Positions 34,730 through 47,180 of a stretch of 64,000 nucleotides of DNA are shown one piece after another. The notes beneath the pieces are model-generated. The model did no database searches. It was not told the origin of the DNA and was given only the letters and a program-made list of their open reading frames with translations. The position numbers and the translations under genes were made by a program. The first letter of the stretch is position 1; the number at the start of each line of letters is the position of its first letter. The DNA comes from Callorhinchus milii (taxonomy: Eukaryota): contig NW_024704742.1 of the NCBI RefSeq assembly GCF_018977255.1, positions 124,870,001 through 124,934,000 on the forward strand, written 5' to 3'.

Positions 34730-35445
34730 ATAGTGAGAGAACTGGCTTGGAGGAATTGCTGAGCCCAATAATGTGAGGAAAATAAATTCACACCAGTTTA
34801 TTACACAACAGTCATTAACACAAAGTGCTTCAAAATTTGAACATGGTAATTCAGCACAGTCATTCACTCTTAGGCTCAATCACTCATTCAGGTCAGTTTC
34901 TTGGAAGCTGGTAATATCAAACAAGATTTAACTCATTGTCCGGTTGAATTACTGTAGGCATTTCTTAGATTTTAAATGAATACATACGCACATTTTCTTC
35001 CCCAATTTTCTTTCTAGACAGAATAACGCTGTGGCTATGGCAACACTATTTTAGCCACATACACTAATTTTAGTAGAGAAAGATCCTTACATGCACTGAC
35101 ACAATACAGGTATTGAAAATTGGGGAAGAATATATATTTTTTTGCCTCAGTCATATACATGGACATGCATAAATGTGCGTATGTATTCATTTAAAATCTA
35201 AGAAATGCCTACAGTAATTCAACCGGACAATGAGTTAAATCTTGTTTGATATTACCAGCTTCCAAGAAACTGACCTGAATGAGTGATTGAGCCTAAGAGT
35301 GAATGACTGTGCTGAATTACCATGTTCAAATTTTGAAGCACTCTGTGTTAATGACTGTTGCATAATTAACTGGTATGAATTTATTTTCCTCACATTATTG
35401 GGCTCAGCAATTCCTCCAAGCCAGTTCCCTCACTATATAACAACA
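34721..35445. repeat. Long inverted repeat, 275-bp arms, 175-bp spacer
   Basis: 34721-34995 vs 35171-35445; 7 mismatches by manual comparison. Confidence 0.97.
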
Positions 35446-35687
35446 AAATGGACAAAATCAGGTAAATATACTTCAAATGTATGTTTACATATACATTTTC
35501 AAAATCAAACCTGGTGTGCTTATAGCCTCCTCAACTCCTCCCTCCATAGGCAAGACGTAAACCAATATCCTGTCTCCTCTTCAGGTAGATATTAAAGATG
35601 CCATGACTCTATTTTGATGGGGTAGGGGTTCCTCCTGGTGTCCTGGCCGATATTCCTCTCTATCAATGCTTTTTGCGGAATTCTGAT

Positions 35688-35989
35688 AAATAATAATATA
35701 ATCCTTGCATTTGATCATCTTCTAGACGTCTCAAAGCGCTTCACAAAATAGACTATAAAGTGAATTGACCGTATATTTGTGGGCGAAATGCGGCAGCCAA
35801 TTGTGCACAGCAGTGTCCCACAAACAGTCGTGGAATGAAAATGACCAATTTATTATTGTTTTGTTTTGGAGGGATTATTATTAGGCATGTGGAGTAAGGA
35901 AACTTGCCCAAGGTTTCGCCCTGCCTGGAATTGAACCTAGGTGTCTTGCTTGCAAGGTGAGTGCTCTAACCACTGAGCTACAGGACTCC
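35688..35989 (-). mobile_element. Young tRNA-Ala-like SINE
   Basis: rc colinear with other copies; small deletion in tail. Confidence 0.92.
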
Positions 35990-36044
35990 ACAATGGTGGA
36001 GATGAGCAGATTGTCACATTTTCCTATACAATAATAACAGTCAT

Positions 36045-36266
36045 GGAGTTGCAGAGCATAGTGGTTAGATCACTCGCCTCGCAAGCCAGAGGATTCGAGT
36101 TTGATTCCTGGGTGAGGCAAAATCTTAGGCAAGTTTCCTTACTCCACACGCCTCTATTTACCTAGCAGTAAATAGGAAGTTGGTTGTTAGTTTATTGGCA
36201 GATCGCTTTCTGGGGATGATAATTCCTCCAAAAAATTGGTCACTCAATCCATGATTGTTTGTGGGA
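36045..36266 (+). mobile_element. Long-variant SINE, 3'-truncated
   Basis: Contains CTATTTACCTAGCAGTAAATAGGAA segment (36154-36214). Confidence 0.85.
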
Positions 36267-36267
36267 T

Positions 36268-36592
36268 TTAATAATAATAATAATAATAATCCTTGCATTT
36301 GATATAGCGCTTTTCACGTCGGGAGGACGTCCCAAAGCGCTTCACAGAATAGACTGTAAAGTGAATTGACTGTATATTTGTGGGCGAACGCGGCAGCCAA
36401 TTGCGCACAGCAATGTCCCACAAACAGTCGTAGATTGAAAATGACCAATTTATTATTGTTTTGGGTTTTGGAGGGATTATTATTAGGCGTGTGGAGTAAG
36501 GAAACTTGCCCAAGGTTTCGCCCCTGCCTGGAATTGAACTCAGGTCTCTCACTTGCAAAGCGAGTGCTCTAACCACTGAGCTACAGGACTCC
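36268..36592 (-). mobile_element. Young tRNA-Ala-like SINE (CTCCC-loop tail)
   Basis: rc near-identical to 9787 and 48184 copies. Confidence 0.95.
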
Positions 36593-37847
36593 ACAAATTT
36601 GTCTGTAACTTAATTATTTATTATCAATACTACTACTTCAAAATATTTCGATCATGTGAACTTGTTTAAGAAGGTTTGATGTGATAAAATGATATATCAT
36701 ATAATAATCCTTGCATTTGATATAGCACCTTTCACATCAGGTGCACAGCTGAAATTGCTTCATAGGATTTTACTATAAAGTGTTGTGGCTGCAGATTTTG
36801 CAAGTGAACTCAATAGTTAATTTGCATACAACAATGTCCCACAAACAGCCTTGAAGCGAATGACCAATTTTATCAGGAGGGTTATTGGCCAGGATACCAG
36901 TAGAAGCTCTCTTCACTGTTGTTATTATTAGATTCAGTTATTATTAGTATCATTAATAAGTATTTATTGTTAGATTTTAGATTATAGAGTTCAGTTTATA
37001 CTTGGTTTCTATGCCAACAAAAGGCTTGATATTCGAAACATTTTACCCTTAAAAAACGGACAGAATTTGTTTTGAGGTCCCCAGGAGTTAAGTGTTGCTA
37101 CTATTATAAACGATACCTTTCTCATTACTGTTAAACAATTTCAGTGTCTTCAGAGCCACAGGCACTTGGTTGCTCCATTTGGTGATCGCAGGCTAACCGA
37201 GCGACCTTGAAATAAAACTTAAACCTAATCAAGTTGGGTGGATTGTTGCCAGTCTTTCCATTTTCATTATCACAGTGGGAAAACTGAATCTCCACCTGAG
37301 AAAAACACACGAAGCAGCTGGGTCAAAAGCACTGCTTGTGTTGCATGATCTGAATGCACTTCCTGGTTACTGAGCTGGCGAGGGCTACCTATATGAAACA
37401 CCCAGACTCTCCATCCTTGCTTTGCTAAGTGATGCAGCGAGCATTTAATTACAATAGGGTTCCAGCTGCACGTAATTAAAATTTCCGATCCAAATAACTG
37501 TGCCTTCGTGTGGAGAAAATACAGTGAGTGTGCTTAATGCTGTGTGATTATGACACATTATGCTACTGTCTTAAAACACACACACACAAATTATTTCATT
37601 TGCATTATGAAAACTTTTCTATTACTTCATTAGCATTCGTTCAACAAAAGCTGCACTGTGGCCTCCCCTATAGATTATAACTTGTTGAGTTTTATTTTGA
37701 CAGCGAAGATGAGCAGTGATTAACACAGAATCCATTGATATTTCTGCACAGATGCTTGGCACTGTGAAGCTAATGCTAGGGCTTCACCACATTAAAGCTG
37801 AGGGGTTTGTTTGGAAACATCCAGTCCCACGAATGGGCTGAGATGCC

Positions 37848-38130
37848 AACAACAGCAACAACAAATTACATTTGTATAGCGTCTTTCATGTCAGGAGGAC
37901 ATTCCAAACTGTTGGACAGGTACCCCGCACCCGAGCTGGAGGCTGGGATCAGGAGGGGTAGAGGTCAAGGAGGGTAGGGGTAGGAGGGTGAATGAAGTCG
38001 TGAATGAAGAGTAGGGTCTTGAGACAGGCATTGAAGGAGGTAAGGGAGGGAGCTATGCAAAGAGACTGTGGGATGGAGTTCCAAATAGTGAGAGCAGAGA
38101 GACTGAAAGTCTAACCACGGCTGATGATGC
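37848..38130 (-). mobile_element. L2 3' fragment
   Basis: (CAA)n tail, TTTCATGTCAGGAGGAC, GGGATGGAGTTCCA. Confidence 0.8.
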
Positions 38131-38911
38131 TGAACGTAGTAGAATGCATCAGCCGATGGGAACAACACATCACTCGCTTTTATAGCTCGATGTGGGAGAT
38201 TTCCTCCACTGTCAAGGAGACTCAATCACTGATCATTGAGCTGTGATCCACTGTCGTCCCTTCACCTAGACAAAACTTGCAATTGAAACAAGTGGTGGGT
38301 GACTTGACAGTTCCCAAACCACAGCTGTCACGCTAGCCTACCCATCGCATTTAAGTACCTACAACATCAAAGTGCCTTTAAAAACCAAAGGGTTATATAA
38401 TTTCCATAGCATAATCTGCAAAGCGTCTGCATAGCCAGTACCAACCTTTTGTGCCCTGACTTTCATTTTAACTTGTGCCAGTGCTGGAGATAACATAAAA
38501 CCAGGATCTTGCCAACTAGTCTAGCCATCTATGTCTATCATTGAGGATATAAATAGCAATTTTTTCATGACTAAACTATACTACCATTTCCCATTTTCAA
38601 CACATTTTAAAAAGATTGTTGTTAATGATTTACCCCACAATGGAAGCATCCAGGATATGTAAATATCCAGCGGAAAGATGCCTGGAGAATAATGGTAGTG
38701 TATATCAGGAATCTAAACCGAAGGGTCAGATGTAATAAATTATGAAAGCAACACTTTCTAATCATTGTCTGTGACATATAAGCACTTTGAGATATCCTCA
38801 TGATATGACAGTGCTCTGTAAGTGTAACTTGTATTGTACTGTACAATTCCCCCTTCCAACCAGAAACATAGGTCTTCGTGCATCAAATCAGGATCATTAT
38901 GAGCTATCTGT

Positions 38912-39388
38912 TCATAGAATCATAGAATTATACAGCACAAAAGGAGGTCATTTGGCCCATCGTGTCTGTGCCAGATCTTTGAAAAGAGCTATCCAATTCA
39001 ATCCCATTCCCCTGCTCTCTCCCCATAACCCTGCAAATTTGTCCTCCCCAAATAATTATCTACTTCTCTCTTAAAAGTTGCTATGGAATCGGCTTCCACC
39101 ACCCTTTCAAGCAATGCATTCCAGATCAAAACAACTTGCTGTGTAAAAAAATTTATCCTCACCTCCCCTCCGCTTCTTTCAACAACTATTTTAAATTGGT
39201 GTCCTCGGGTTACTGACCCACCCGCCAGTGGAAATAGTTTCTCCTTGTTCATCTTGTCGAATCCCTTCATAATTTTGAAAACTTCTGTTAAGTCTCCTCT
39301 TAACCTTCTCTGCTCCAAGGAGAATAATCTTAGCTTCTCATCCTTCCTAAAGTGTGGTGCCCAGAACTGAACACAGTACTCTAACTGA
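38912..39388 (-). mobile_element. CR1 3' ORF2 fragment plus 3' UTR, internally deleted
   Basis: EQRRLRGDLTEVFKIMKGFD...TRGHQFK...NFFTQQVVLIWNAL. Confidence 0.93.
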
Positions 39389-39756
39389 ACGCCCTCTTAT
39401 TATAGATTTTACAGTTAGATCTTGTAGGGTCTGTTCTTACACCGCTTGATATCCAAATAAGTTGTCTTTTTATTTAATATCTGAATTAAACCTGAACTCT
39501 GATAAATAATCACTGCATTGAAATAGGTCCACAATATGTTTCATTAAATACTCAAGGACCTTTTAATTTTAGGTGGTGCATGTATTGAGTTTGGATCGTT
39601 TCTGTGCTGGTGCCAGGTGTGATTTTGAATGCTCTATCAGGACATTTCCAGGCCATTGATCCACCATGACATTCACATTCCGAGGTGAAGGGCCACAAAA
39701 TCACTAATGCAAGCAGTGAGATTCAGTGGATTCCTGTGAAACTCTTTTAGAATGTA

Positions 39757-40210
39757 CAACAACAACAACTTGCACTTATATAGTGCCCTCCATGCAGGGT
39801 AGCATCTCAGAGCGCTTAACAGTGGCAGAGCCTGTCTCCGAACCGGTGGTGGGGAGGTGGCTGGAAATACGGTTGAAGAGGAAGGTTTTCAGGTGGGACT
39901 TGAAAAAGGGGAGAGAGGGTCAAGGCGGAGGGATTGAGGGAAAGTGTTCCAGAGTTTCGGGGCGTAGTGACTGAAAGCACGACCTCCGATGGTGGGGTGG
40001 AGGGTGCGAGGGATGAGCAGGAGGCCGGTACCAGTCGAGTGGAGGTGCTAGGTGAATTGGGGAGTGAGGAGGTTGGAGAGGTAGGGAGATGCCAGAGAGT
40101 GAAGGGATTTGAACACGAGTTTGAGGATCTTGAAGTCGATCTGTTCGGTGACGGGGAAGCAGTGAAGCCTGGCTGGAACTAGTGAGATGTGAGTACGGAG
40201 TTTGATCTGG
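39757..40210 (-). mobile_element. L2 lineage B 3' fragment
   Basis: EQIDFKILKLVFKSLHSLASPYLS; tail matches 3086-3146. Confidence 0.9.
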
Positions 40211-40514
40211 GTAAGTGTGCGTATTATAAAGTGATCTATAAGAGTATTACACCTAAAGAGCTGTGTGCAATTGTGTGAGCCGTGCGCACATGTTGATATG
40301 TAAGTGGCCTGCAGGTGATGCTGTTGGCATTGGAGAGCTCCCACTGAGTGACAAATGACATTGTAATTCCCAAACCCTGTAATGTGGAGGAGATATTCTG
40401 CACTCATGGGCCTGTTTTGTTCCAAGCTGACCAGTTGTACATGAGGGTGTTGTCCTCTGTGAAGTAAGTCATGTTCTAATCATTATCCGTCATGCAAATG
40501 ATAGTGATATATTT

Positions 40515-40625
40515 ATAAACAAAAACAGAAGTCGCCTGGGAACACTCAGCAGGTCAGGCAGCATCTACCGAGAAAGGAAAGTCAGTCAATGTTTCGGGTC
40601 CACGACCCTTTGTCAAAACTGGGGC
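40515..40625 (-). mobile_element. Penelope-like element terminal fragment with decayed hammerhead motif
   Basis: rc CAGTT-TTGACAA-A-GGGTC-GTG-GACCC-GAAACATT-GACTG...GATGCTGCCTGACCTGCTGAG, matching the remembered chondrichthyan Penelope terminal repeat. Confidence 0.7.
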
Positions 40626-40715
40626 ATGTTGGGAGGGAGAGGCTTTTAAGGACTAACAGAGAGGGGAGGGGCAGGGCAAGGAAGACAAAGGAGAAAATGG
40701 GGTAGAGGGCAGAGG

Positions 40716-41256
40716 ATGATATCCCGCTCTGCCTTCCCCCACCTCCGCAACATTGCCTGGCTCCGCCATTGTCTCACACTGCAGGCTGCCGAGACCCTCA
40801 TAAGTGCATTCATAACATCCAGGCTCGACTACCAAACTCCCTGCTTGTCGGCCTCCCCAACATCTCCCCCCATAGGCTGCAGATCATCCAGAACTCTGCA
40901 GCCCATGTCTTCTCCCGTACCAGGCTCTGGGACCCTCCGCTCGGTGGACACTGGCCTGCTTCAGGTCCCCTGCACTTCTTGCCCCACCATTGGTGGCTGG
41001 GTCTTCAGCCTTTTTGCTCCCACCCTTTGGAACTCCATCCCACAGTCCCTCCACCTCGTCCTCTCCCTTGACTTCTTCAAGACCTGTCTGAAGACCCTCC
41101 CCTTTGACCGTGCCTTTGATCACCTTCCTTCCCCACCTGCCCTCTGCCAACCCTGATCCTGACCCCCAGCTTGGGTCCGAAACACTGATTGTCCAGCGCT
41201 TTGGGATGTCCTCCCAATGCGCTATACAAATGGAATTATATTGTTGTTGCTGTTGT
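40716..41256 (+). mobile_element. L2 3' fragment with internal deletion
   Basis: HLRNIAWLRHCLTLQAAETLISAFITSRLDY...PTLWNSIP...FKTCLKT; tail. Confidence 0.9.
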
Positions 41257-41304
41257 ATTCATCTCAAATATGATAGTAAATTAATTTCCACAGGATTCAC
41301 AATA

Positions 41305-41712
41305 TCAACACCAAATTGCATTTGTATAGCAGCTTTCATTTTGGGAGGACCCTCCAAGGCCCTGGACAGTCAGGGATTTGGACCCGAGCTGGTTGGGATC
41401 AGGTGTGGTGGAGGTTAGAGAAGGTAGGAGGGTGACTGAAGGTACGGATATAGAGGATGGTCTTGAGATGTGCCTTGAAGGAGACAAGGGAGGGGTGAGG
41501 CAAAGGGAATCTATGATGGAGTTCCAAAGGGTGGGGGCAGATAGGGTGAAGGCTCGACTGCCGATGGTGGGGCAAGCAAGGTGGGGAAGTGAAGCAGGCT
41601 GGAGCCTGCTAAGTGGAGGGAGTGAACAGGCCTGTATGGCGTTAGCAGGTCACAGAGGTAGGAAGGAGCAAAGCCGTGGAAAGCCTTGAAGGCGAGGGCG
41701 AGGATTTTGATT
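41305..41712 (-). mobile_element. L2 3' fragment, tail-to-tail with previous copy
   Basis: rc similar to 40940-41250 and 34540-34660. Confidence 0.85.
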
Positions 41713-44047
41713 TATGATTAAATATCCTGTTGTTTTAATCAATATTCTTTCAATATCATGTATCTTCTCAATGCAACTTTTGATGGATATGCATTTACTT
41801 TCGACGTTTCTTAGACTCTATGTCAAGTTTTGTTGTCATCCTCTAGTACCGCCACTTTATGCAAAACCGGGGAAGTTAAAATGACTTTTGTCAACGGATA
41901 TAGGATGTCAAGCAGTTTATGAACAGCATGCTCTGCTTGTAGCACTGCTAATATTATGTTATATTTATTTTAATTGATATTTTATAGAGTTAGGGTTAGG
42001 GTTATTTAAGGGGTAGTCATCAAAGGAAATTTTGGGGTGGAGAGTGTGGTATGTGACATGATCGTTATTGTCTGTGACAATCCTCACATCACAATCTCAC
42101 ATTTATTTGAAACCTCATTGTTCTTTCCAAATATTCTTCCAAGGATCCTTTCCACCCACCGAGAAAAATGGAAAAAGCTTCTTTGTATTGGAAGATTGCC
42201 ACATGTTCAGTGAAATACTGTAACTAGTTTATGTGTGATGTGACTAGACTCTATCTGGCAGCAACGTGAGAGAGTTCAACAGGAACTTACAGATGTTCCA
42301 GCACTCAGTGCTCTGTTAAGTAAAATTCAGATTTCATTCAAAAGTTACTCTGAAAGAACAATCAGATTGCCCCAGACAGAGGATTGTTAACAAATGGTAA
42401 AATCTAACATTGCAAAAGTAAATGCAACACTTAAAATAGTGCTGCTTGAGTCCTTAGATCAGTGCTATTAAATTCAACCTGGCTTCTGTCCAACCTACTG
42501 ATCGTTGTTATACATCTTCCAGCATGTATCACTCCCTATGTAGATACCTGGAGATTGCATCGCCTTTTTCCAGTTTAAAATACACTGGAACATTTATTAT
42601 AGCCTTACTAGCCACATAAAAGAAAGACATGGAAAGTCAGACTGTAGTCAAGACAGTAGAAAATCTGTAATCCTGATGGTATCTTTAGGACAACTTCTGC
42701 TGAGCAGAACTGAGTGAGTATCATTTTTCCTCAACAGCGCCCGACAATAGATTTGCGGCTAAGGCTGACAAGGCCCTGGGGAGGTGGTGGTGCCCTCTAC
42801 CAACATATGGTCTGAGAAGGGTCTCGTACCAGTTACAAGAGACGCAAGTGGGATTCACATTCTCAACCTTTGCGGGTCTTAGTCTTAATCCCCAGGAACA
42901 GTAAAATATAGTATTGATCAAGTGTGGAATTCAGTATGTTATTCTATTGAAAATGTTTTTGACATGAAAGGTTTTCATTTGCATTGTCGAGAGAAAAAAA
43001 ACACACAACTTGCAACCCTATAATATTTTGTACATTATAATCCACAGACAAAAGAGATGTTGAGAGTGCACTTCACCGTCTGATTGCTGGCCTCTGTGTA
43101 ATGCAATACCTCATATTTACAACCATAATATATTCTTTTTCATGCTTTTGTTTCTTCTTCCTATTTCTACTCATTTCCTCTCACTATTACGTTTCAGCAC
43201 TGCTATAAAGTATAAGATATCCAGCACTGAGTCTCTGTAAATTGAAATGACTCACAATCCAAGATGTCCTTTAATATTATCAGCTGTAAATGTATCTGTC
43301 TTTCCAAATTTGCCACATTTTTCTATCTTTCTCGTTTAATTCTTTTTCTCCCCATTGACACACAGATAAAAATGACCATGTAATTTTTAGTCTCGCTGAC
43401 TAACTAAATGTGCCTGCAATAACTTGACTTTTGTGACAAGGATGAGGTGACAAACAGGCTGTAGGTTTCATTTGGAATTTACAGATAAATTCATCATCTA
43501 ACAATGACCTATAAAAGAAATGGATAGAAAAAGCAAAACTCACTTTTACCAGAGCTTTATTGTATACGATACTTTTTGGGGCCAAATAAAATTGGTCATT
43601 TGCTTCATGGTTATTTGTGGACCAGTGCTGTGTGCATTACTGAATGTCGTATTCGCCTACAAATACACAGTCACTGTGCTTCACACTAACAACTCTGTGA
43701 AGTACATTGAGACACCTTGACAATGTGATAAGGCATTGTATCAAATGCAGAAATTATTATTATTACCTCATTAACATGAGTTCCACATAAACAGATTGTG
43801 TTTTGACACTAGTGAGGCTGATTGTGAAAGGAAAAGAGCAATTTGAAATAAAAATAATACAAGTCAACATTTAAATTATAAGGAATGCGTTGCATTCCTA
43901 AACACCTTCTGCTCTTTATTTAAGGGATGCACTTAGACAAAGAAACAATGGAAACTAATAGTAAACTCTTTCAGCAATTGATGTAGGGCTAATATTGCTG
44001 GTATTCCTAGCACTGGGCTGATCGCTGTAAAAGTTAATTTAGTAATA

Positions 44048-44062
44048 CCAGCAGATGGCGGC
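44048..44062 (+). promoter_or_regulatory. CTCF-like motif
   Basis: CCAGCAGATGGCGGC fits the core consensus CCASYAGRKGGCR. Confidence 0.45.
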
Positions 44063-44417
44063 TCAACAGTTCAGTGATTTGCTCCACACAGGGTCCTTCA
44101 GCCACCATTTTGTTTTCACGCTGAGATGACGCTTCATTTATAATTATAAGTCTCTAAATCAGGTTCTAGTATTTTTTAATTTAATTTGGCTTTCCCATGG
44201 TTTCCCTGTCTATTTTTGTGTGCTCAGCCGGGTGTCTGATACATTCGGGGACCCATCACCATGCTTAAGAGTATTCAAAGCAGACAAATCTACTCAGCAA
44301 AAAAAAATAAGTTTTAGCAATAAGCTGAATGTTAGGAATATTACCATACTGAAAGGGTTTTATAAACCCAATTCATGTTGTTACTTTGTTTTTCCATGAA
44401 GCAGGCACCAGTTATAT

Positions 44418-44739
44418 GGAGTCCTGTAGCTCAGTGGTTAGAGCACTCGCTTTGCAAGCGAGAGACCTGAGTTCAATTCCAGGCAGGGCGAAACCTTGGG
44501 CAAGTTTCCTTACTCCACACACCTAATAATAATCCCTCCAAAGAGAAAAAACAATAATGAATTGGTCATTTTCAATCCACGACTGTTTGTGGGACATTGC
44601 TGTGCGCAATTGGCTGCCGCGTTCGCCCACAAATATACAGTCAATTCACTTTACAGTATATTCTGTGAAGCGCTTTGGGACGTGTAGAAGACGTGAAAAG
44701 CACTATATCAAATGCAAGGATTATTATTATTATTATTAT
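44418..44739 (+). mobile_element. Young tRNA-Ala-like SINE
   Basis: Full length; possible TSD TTATATG. Confidence 0.95.
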
Positions 44740-45044
44740 ATGAACCATGTATTTATTATTGGCATGAACTGGTTTCACCGACATCTAGATTGAAATTTTA
44801 ACAGCATGTAATCTGCAGCAATGTCATGTAATTAGTGTCTTCTTAGCAGGCTCACAGAGAACTGTTTAACTGAAATGCCTCCTCCCTGGCATTTTTAAAG
44901 CCATTCTCTGGGAACAAAAATGAAATTGATAATGACTGCATTCAGTTTTTGCTGTCAAATTTTATTTATTTGCCAGTTCTTCTTTCACTGAGATGCACTT
45001 CTAAAATAAAACAGTAAGTTAACTGTATGTCATGTATCATAACA

Positions 45045-45325
45045 GTAATGGTGCTTGCATTTGATATAGTGCTTTATATACCTTGTTTAAATGTCTCAAA
45101 GCACTTCATAGGAATGTACTGTAAAGTGTATTTACTCTGTATTTGCAGGGAAACCAGTTTGCCCAAAGCAATGTCCCATGAAGTGCATAATCAATTTTAT
45201 CTAGAGGAGTGTTGGCCAGGACATGGAAAAACTACCTTTTCTTTTCAAATAGTGCAATGGAATCTTTAATGTCCAGCTGAACAGGCAGACAGGGCCTTGG
45301 TTTAACATCTCATCTGAAGGACAGA
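45045..45325 (-). mobile_element. Old DeuSINE-like fragment
   Basis: Tail plus CTGAACAGGCAGACAGGGCCTTGGTTTAACATCTCATCTGAAGGACAG. Confidence 0.75.
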
Positions 45326-46059
45326 CATTGCATCCTCCTATCAACTGCCAGATATTTTCTCCTTTTCAGAGGTATGCTCAAAAGCTGCGCAGGAGTAGGA
45401 AATGGGATATCATTTTCCTCTATTCAATAATTTAAACAAACACATAATAATAGCTCCTCTTCCATTCAGAACCATATAAGGTGCATCAGTTCCTCTGCAC
45501 AAGTAAATGACCAAGGGAAAGCTGCAGCACTATGAGGCTGAATCTGTGCTTATTCCTTGCTCCCTAGTTCAATCATGAGTTGTTTTGACTAAGTGCTAGT
45601 ATGTGAAGATGTGGGTTTATCCTATTACATTACTTTGTTTGGTCTTTTCTAATTGTGCACTTACAAAAAAACTGCTTTTCATTGTGCAATTATACAGTGT
45701 CCTCCTTGTTGTGTACAGTGGTCTCTTTCATGTTCAGTCTAGGTATTCTTATCTGTGTATGAATGTTACGAACCTCAAAAGGAGAATCTCGTCATTGAAA
45801 TGCCTTTTAAAAATCGTTTTTTNCAGTGAATTATGAACTTTAAGATTTCTTTTTCTGTGCTATTTTGGTGGATTTAAAAATATATGACAATGTGTTTAAA
45901 TGGTGAATGGCATTGACTGGTTCACTGACCAACATAAGTGAACTCTAAACTTGGTTTAAATGTCAAATTGTGTAATGTTGTTGGGCTTGTGACTGTACCT
46001 TTATTAATGGCATAAAAAAGGGAGGGAGAGGGAATAAAGGTCACAAGATCATAAATTAT

Positions 46060-46185
46060 AATAATGATAATAATAATCCTTGCATTTGATATAGCACTTT
46101 TCATGTCTTCTAGATGTCTCAAAGCGCTTCACAGAATATACTGTAAAGTGAATTGACTGTATATTTGTGGGCGAAATGCGGCAGC
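46060..46185 (-). mobile_element. Young SINE 3' half
   Basis: rc matches the SINE 3' end. Confidence 0.88.
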
Positions 46186-46814
46186 GAAATTGCTTGGTGT
46201 GGATGAAGATGGCATTTCAGCACATCTGATCTCATCCTTCCATAACACCCACCCTACCACTCCCCCATCACTTTATTAAGCTGCCTTTTAGATGAGTCCA
46301 GTATCCTGGCCTCTACCACCTTTCCTGGCAACCTGTTCCAGTTGTTGAAAATCTTCTGAGTAAAGAGAGGATTAGGAAGGGTGGAGGCTCACGTGGATTT
46401 TAAATCAGAGACTGGTTGGGTCAAATGTCTTATTTCCATGCTGTACAGTTTATTTAATTCTGTGTAATGACTTCTGTTAATTCAACACTTTACTTCCTCA
46501 GGCTCTGAAACCCCTTCCAGACCCTTCACTGATCATGTATCAGCATTCAATGCTTAAATTAATTACAAAAAAATGCCAATAGTAATAAACAGAAGAAAAA
46601 ACATGATATTGATAACAATTGTTTGTAACTATGAGTTTTGTTAGAGCAGATGTGCTTCCAAGAGGCTATGACGCTCTTTCCACCTTATTTTCTTCCCTAA
46701 CAAACCCTCTGGAGAATTATACAACTGATCGCAAGCTGCTTTGTTCTATGTGACCAGCAATACTAGGTTTGGCAGGCTACTGGGAAGCACTCTAAAGGAC
46801 CATTTTAAATAACG

Positions 46815-47180
46815 ATACTTGCGTTTGTTACAACATCTTTCACATCAGGAGGGTGTCTCAAAAAGCATCACCGTTTTGTTTTACTGTAAAGTGTAGTGAC
46901 TGTGAATCTTGTGGGGGGATATAACACCCAATTTGTGCAGAGCAATGTCCCACAAACATAAAGTGAATGACCAATTTTATCTAGGGTAGGACACCGGGAG
47001 AAACCTTTACTTGTCTTTTCGAATAGCACCATGGGATCTTTAACATCCACCTGAGCAGGCAGATGGGATCATGATTTAACACTTGAGTGTCAGCCCAGAT
47101 TATGTGAGTTCAAAGTCCTAACGTGGGACTCAAAACCACAATCATTTGATCGAGTGCTACCAACTGAGCAAGACTGACAT
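46815..47180 (-). mobile_element. Old DeuSINE-like SINE
   Basis: GCACCATGGGATCTTTAACATCCACCTGAGCAGGCAGATGG, with head and tail. Confidence 0.82.

Noticed and set aside
34532..35595. Paired ORFs MSLRVNDCAELPC... on opposite strands as duplicated genes
   Set aside because: A direct result of the inverted repeat; non-ATG starts and no recognisable domain
41989..42004. TTAGGG telomeric repeat
   Set aside because: Only about 2.5 units; expected by chance
44557..44793. Recurrent small ORFs ending ...YIKCKDYYYY
   Set aside because: Translations of the SINE 3' body and (ATT)n tail
45823..45823. Ambiguous base n
   Set aside because: Assembly ambiguity; it may hide a contig join but is not a biological feature
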